A stretch of DNA of 64,000 nucleotides from a virus. Shown here piece after piece: positions 59,761 through 64,000 of the stretch (positions are counted from its first letter, which is position 1; the number at the start of each line of letters is the position of its first letter). The notes under the pieces are model-generated. The model did not search any database. It was not told where the DNA came from and saw nothing but the letters and a program-made list of their open reading frames with translations. Where the stretch lies: positions 32,001 to 96,000 of IMG/VR virus record IMGVR_UViG_3300035698_024657; one strand, 5' to 3'. The position numbers were made by a program, and so were the translations under genes.

Positions 59761-62322
59761 TTACCAAGACATTACAATACGTGACGCAGCGGAACCTCCG
59801 TAAGGATCTTGTGCGCCTATGCCCCAAACATAAATATCGCCAGAGCTGATACAGTAAAGTCGCACGGCGTCTGAATTTATTTCATAACTTTCAACTAATC
59901 TATTAGGGTACCCGTCCGCTGCAATAATGCCCCCATCATCACTAACTTCAGTAATAGCCCTTTCCCAAAATTCCCCATCATATCTATAAATAGTGTTAAC
60001 CGGTAACTCTCGAATTTTACCTAATATATTCCAGTCACTTACATATACGGTGGCGCCCTCGGAATAGTCTAACTCTTTTTCATACATATCAATTCGGAAA
60101 CGTAAACCAGTCAACTCTTCATCAGTAAAGCCGTCAGTACGAAATTCCCACGTAATCGTCGATTGTGACTCGGTTGAAGTGATTACACCATCATAAGCGG
60201 GCTTTATCAACGCTCTCGAAGGACTGATACGAATATATAGAGGATGTTCCGCATCTGGATTCTTGATTCTATTGACAATCACGTGGAACTTATAAAGCTC
60301 ATCAGGTACTAAATTCATACGATTAGTAACGAGTAACCTACTAAGTTTCACCGCATACCCTTCCGTAACATTATCAGGGATAACAATAGCACCATCATCC
60401 TCATCATTATCATCCGGATTTGGTGGATTAGGAGGAGGAGGAATAGGTACCGGAGGAGGAACATCGGGTTGCGCCGGTGGTGGTGGTGGCGGAGGATCCG
60501 GATCATCTTGATCCTCACCATCTGGTGGAGGAGGCGGAGGTGGAGGAGGAGGATCCTCTGGTGGAGGTAATGTTGGTGGAAGGGGAGGTAATGGAGGTTG
60601 CGTAGGTGGCCAATCTAAACCATCTCCTCCACCAGGAGGTGCACCAACCGTAGGGGGTCTATTATCTCCGCCACCTGGAATAAGAATTTCGGTAGCAATA
60701 GGAAATTTTACAAACCACTGATCGGGCGGAGAAGGCTCATCTATAGAATGGTTGCCCTTCTCTAATGGTGAAATTGTAGAATGCTCTTTTATAATATATG
60801 ACGCATCTACAAATATAGAATTTGCGAGTTCAGCATTGCCCCGATACACTTTGAAATTACGTAACATTGCATTTGCAATCATCCTCCAAGTTTCAAAACG
60901 TAACGCACCTTTAATTGTGGCTTTAACTACTCCCTCTATTCGGAATTCTCCGTTAGTTGTCTCTGCCAGATTATCAGCATTAAAGGTAAAGGTATGCCGA
61001 CGAACATTCGCGTCATTCGTACCTACTCCGAATAAATCACCATTATTATTAATATACTGCGCTTTAGGAGAATTTGCATCGATGCCCGTACCTACGTTGC
61101 TGGCAAAACCAACTTTTAGGGGGCCCGAGCCATCTGCACTAAGTCTTCCAAGACGAGGAGACATTGAAACAGCGCTACATTGATATCCATATTCCCATAC
61201 AATAGTATATACTTCACTCGTAAGGAAAGAAAGGCCATTTGTTTGGAGACCAAATTCAATTGCTAACTCTGGATTGATGTAAGTACCACGAAACAAATCA
61301 CCGCCAAAACGTGTCGAGTGCGTAGTATAATCACTTAAAGCTTCGCCTTCAACATCTGTGATAAATGTTTCACCCGCTTCAGCAGAATATGGCACTAATT
61401 GACGTACATCAGTTATCAAATTATCAGTATGTGCATCAGAGAGCGAAGTGAAATGTGCATTCCAACACGTTACATACAAATAATTATCAGAACTATGGGT
61501 TAACATACTAGAAGGGACACCGGCTAAATGTTTACTACGAGTAAATCTGGGTTGACCCGTTAAAGTTTCATCAATCCCCGTACTATTGAATATATTTTGT
61601 CCTTCATCATTATTCGTACAAAATAATGTAGTATCTCGAATACTTAAATATTGCGGTGCAGTCGCCCCCGTTGCAAGTTCCGCATATTTTTCCCACTGCA
61701 AACTGGCAGTATCTGCATTATATTTAAATACTGCTCCAAGATCACCAAAAGAAACTGATACATATAACTCGTTAGAGAATATGGTAAAATTGCTGCACTG
61801 GCCCACACCATCAAATCCAGTAGAAAAATCTCCTACTAATCTCCAGGTACGCGTTATGGGATCCATAACGGATACCCCACCCTTATGCGCCAAATATACT
61901 TGTTTATTATAATAGATCAGATCACGAATATTCCCCGCAGCACCCTGAAATTCTCCGTACGTCTTATTAAGTATTCTATCCCAATCATCTTGAGGATTAC
62001 CGGTGATATTATAAAAAATTTCACCCGTAGCATTATTTGCAATATATAGACGATTATATTCAGTATCCGCAGCATATCCAGTGATATGGTAATAATCAGC
62101 AATAGGCAAACCGATATACGAGGCTGTCCAACCTTGCGATGATCCATCAGCAGGCGACTTTCTACGTAACCGCGCAGAAGCGCCACCTCCCGAAACAGTA
62201 GAGCCAGAGGGTGCGGCAGAACCGGATACAGTAATTGCCCAAAGATCATCGTTGGCGGCAAACCACCCAATAGTCTCTTCGCCATAATCCTCAATGTTCC
62301 GTGTAATATTTAACCAGCTCAT
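59761..62322 (-). CDS. Large putative virion/tail protein with beta-propeller-like N-terminal region and poly-proline linker
   Basis: Repeating LY/IF-beta-strand blades; PPP-rich tract at ~60415-60675; located among tail-like genes. Confidence 0.55.
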   Translation of the reverse strand: MSWLNITRNIEDYGEETIGWFAANDDLWAITVSGSAAPSGSTVSGGGASARLRRKSPADGSSQGWTASYIGLPIADYYHITGYAADTEYNRLYIANNATGEIFYNITGNPQDDWDRILNKTYGEFQGAAGNIRDLIYYNKQVYLAHKGGVSVMDPITRTWRLVGDFSTGFDGVGQCSNFTIFSNELYVSVSFGDLGAVFKYNADTASLQWEKYAELATGATAPQYLSIRDTTLFCTNNDEGQNIFNSTGIDETLTGQPRFTRSKHLAGVPSSMLTHSSDNYLYVTCWNAHFTSLSDAHTDNLITDVRQLVPYSAEAGETFITDVEGEALSDYTTHSTRFGGDLFRGTYINPELAIEFGLQTNGLSFLTSEVYTIVWEYGYQCSAVSMSPRLGRLSADGSGPLKVGFASNVGTGIDANSPKAQYINNNGDLFGVGTNDANVRRHTFTFNADNLAETTNGEFRIEGVVKATIKGALRFETWRMIANAMLRNFKVYRGNAELANSIFVDASYIIKEHSTISPLEKGNHSIDEPSPPDQWFVKFPIATEILIPGGGDNRPPTVGAPPGGGDGLDWPPTQPPLPPLPPTLPPPEDPPPPPPPPPPDGEDQDDPDPPPPPPPAQPDVPPPVPIPPPPNPPNPDDNDEDDGAIVIPDNVTEGYAVKLSRLLVTNRMNLVPDELYKFHVIVNRIKNPDAEHPLYIRISPSRALIKPAYDGVITSTESQSTITWEFRTDGFTDEELTGLRFRIDMYEKELDYSEGATVYVSDWNILGKIRELPVNTIYRYDGEFWERAITEVSDDGGIIAADGYPNRLVESYEINSDAVRLYCISSGDIYVWGIGAQDPYGGSAASRIVMSW

Positions 62323-62335
62323 CTAACTTACCTCT

Positions 62336-63358
62336 TTAACGTCTACGACGATAAACAATACGTGCAGTGCACTCCGTAATAGATGCACCCGCTTCAGCAA
62401 TTATAAAACGTAAAGTATGGCCCGAGTAATACGCCAAATTTAAAGTTTGAGTAGTCCAACCATCAAAAGTGGCAGTGGGCGGCGCAGTGGAAATATTTCC
62501 AATTAATGTTTGATTTGGAATATATGCGGTTGATCCAGAATACAAATGTAACGTAACTGCTCCGGTAGAACCTTGGCACATTATCTGCAAGGAATCAAGT
62601 GTAAAATTACGTGAAAGCCTACCACTAAAAGTATGTCCGACTTGTGGATATAGGAAACCTATACTCTTTTCCATCTGTGTAACTAAATCTATTTCGTGAA
62701 CATTTACAAGATCTTCAATGGTACCTACACGCCCATCTTTTATACGAAATGATGGACGATCATCGAAAATCGCATACCAAGTGCTATTACTTGTACTATA
62801 ATACCCGTCCCCTGTATAGTCTTTTACAATGCTTCCACTCACATCAAGTACCATTGAAGCAAGAGTAATGCCTGCGGAAGTTGGAGTAGCATCAACAGAA
62901 ATAGTATAACTGTCATAAACTCTCGCAGAATATTCATTGCCCGCATCATCATATTGAGTATTATCATACAGAGGAGTATGCGCAATATTAACATAGTATC
63001 TACCCGCAACCGTGACCCCAGTAGATAAATTCGTACGATTAGGTAATGCGGGACGATATAAGGGATCTGCACCAAGACTTCCACTAACAGTAGTTGCAGA
63101 AGGCACAGTAATTAACTGACCTTCCGAATCCACTGCGGTGCCGGGAAATATTTCAAAAGTAGTACCATCCGCGGTGGCGACTTGCAATGAAGGCTCAGCA
63201 GTAATCTTAGACGATACCACACCAGAACGCACCATAAATGCTTTTAAATAATCCCGGAACACTTTTGTACGCGAGTAACTTACCATATTAAGGTCTTTAG
63301 CAGTCACATGCTGATCATCAAAAAACTGACTACCATAACCATTAAGTACGTTTGCCAT
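62336..63358 (-). CDS. Putative baseplate/tail-fiber protein
   Basis: N-terminal FFDDQHVTAKDLN...GVV...IFPGTAVDSEGQLI resembles contractile-tail baseplate/fiber N-termini. Confidence 0.55.
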   Translation of the reverse strand: MANVLNGYGSQFFDDQHVTAKDLNMVSYSRTKVFRDYLKAFMVRSGVVSSKITAEPSLQVATADGTTFEIFPGTAVDSEGQLITVPSATTVSGSLGADPLYRPALPNRTNLSTGVTVAGRYYVNIAHTPLYDNTQYDDAGNEYSARVYDSYTISVDATPTSAGITLASMVLDVSGSIVKDYTGDGYYSTSNSTWYAIFDDRPSFRIKDGRVGTIEDLVNVHEIDLVTQMEKSIGFLYPQVGHTFSGRLSRNFTLDSLQIMCQGSTGAVTLHLYSGSTAYIPNQTLIGNISTAPPTATFDGWTTQTLNLAYYSGHTLRFIIAEAGASITECTARIVYRRRR

Positions 63359-63391
63359 AATTTGCCTCTATATTATTGATATCTCTTTTAC

Positions 63392-64000
63392 TTACTCAAG
63401 TCCGGTAGCACCATTTCTAAATGGGGGTGGTCCGTTACTTACATGGTAATTTACAAAATATGCTAAATCAGCAATATCCACAGCACCCGTATCATTCATA
63501 TCTAATCTACGTACGGGCGCAGGAAGGGGACCACCATTAAACATATAGTTCACCATCGAGGTAAGATCGTTATATTCAACTAATCCATCGTTATTTGCGT
63601 CACCTGGAATATACGAACCTCCCCAAATATCTGACATATCCATAGGTTCATAAGGATATTCAAGTCCCGTGCTTACTCGAGAAACTGTAGTAAATGTTCC
63701 AGGATTGAGCGCAGAATACAATATATTTGCAGGATAGTCGACATACCCTTTGATCGAGAATTGGTGTAACTCAAAATCTCCTGAGCCACTCGCCCAAACA
63801 TGACAACGCCACTGATAATATCTCTTTACATCACCAACAGCAATAATTTGGCCTAATGCAACGCGGGAAAATGTTTCGGCAGATAAATCAAGAATGGTAT
63901 CCGCTGCGCGAATTTCAAACTTATACTGTGCCGCATTATATGTGCGCACCACCCAATCATATTTCCACTCATAATTAGTATAACCAAGAGGGGGAGTAAG
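63392..64000 (-). CDS. Putative virion protein with C-terminal dockerin-like domain (5' end outside window)
   Basis: Frame stays open to 64000; GDANNDGLVEYNDL..VNYMFNGGPLP...DMNDTGAVDIADL..VNY..NGPPP duplicated Ca-binding loops. Confidence 0.75.
   Translation of the reverse strand, partial: LTPPLGYTNYEWKYDWVVRTYNAAQYKFEIRAADTILDLSAETFSRVALGQIIAVGDVKRYYQWRCHVWASGSGDFELHQFSIKGYVDYPANILYSALNPGTFTTVSRVSTGLEYPYEPMDMSDIWGGSYIPGDANNDGLVEYNDLTSMVNYMFNGGPLPAPVRRLDMNDTGAVDIADLAYFVNYHVSNGPPPFRNGATGLE

Overview
This 64-kb window is part of a large, AT-rich tailed bacteriophage genome (probably jumbo-size; bacterial host inferred from a sigma-70-like factor, group I GroEL, an M15 endolysin and Shine-Dalgarno sites). 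Essentially every real gene lies on the minus strand and is densely packed. In transcription order (high to low coordinates) it holds five blocks. (1) Virion/tail-like genes, one ending in a dockerin-like domain, plus an endolysin. (2) A ~19.4-kb glycan cluster with 11-12 glycosyltransferases, a nucleotide-sugar pathway and a free-standing GIY-YIG/NUMOD3 endonuclease. (3) A replication/recombination block: SF2 helicase, DnaC-like loader, DnaB with an intein, a primase split into two distant genes, a UDG-fused family A polymerase, RecA, SSB, a split SbcC with SbcD, and a resolvase. (4) Embedded in that block, a 7-deazaguanine module (QueD, intein-containing FolE2, PRTase, QueC), GroEL, dUTPase and nucleotide-salvage genes. 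(5) After a terminator, putative head genes and an intein-containing large terminase, which is missing from the ORF track. Two peptide-motif systems stand out. The first is a shared N-terminal tag, [KR]-E-x-x-[IV]-Q-x-A-L-G, on seven mostly unrelated proteins, including the primase catalytic half. The second is a recurring basic motif, L-N-[ML]-[KR]-K-[KT]-[AS] (looser form K-x-A), that partitions the putative head proteins into ~100-aa acidic modules, one of them flanked by an exact 31-nt direct repeat. All functional calls come from motif recognition by eye; no database searches were run.
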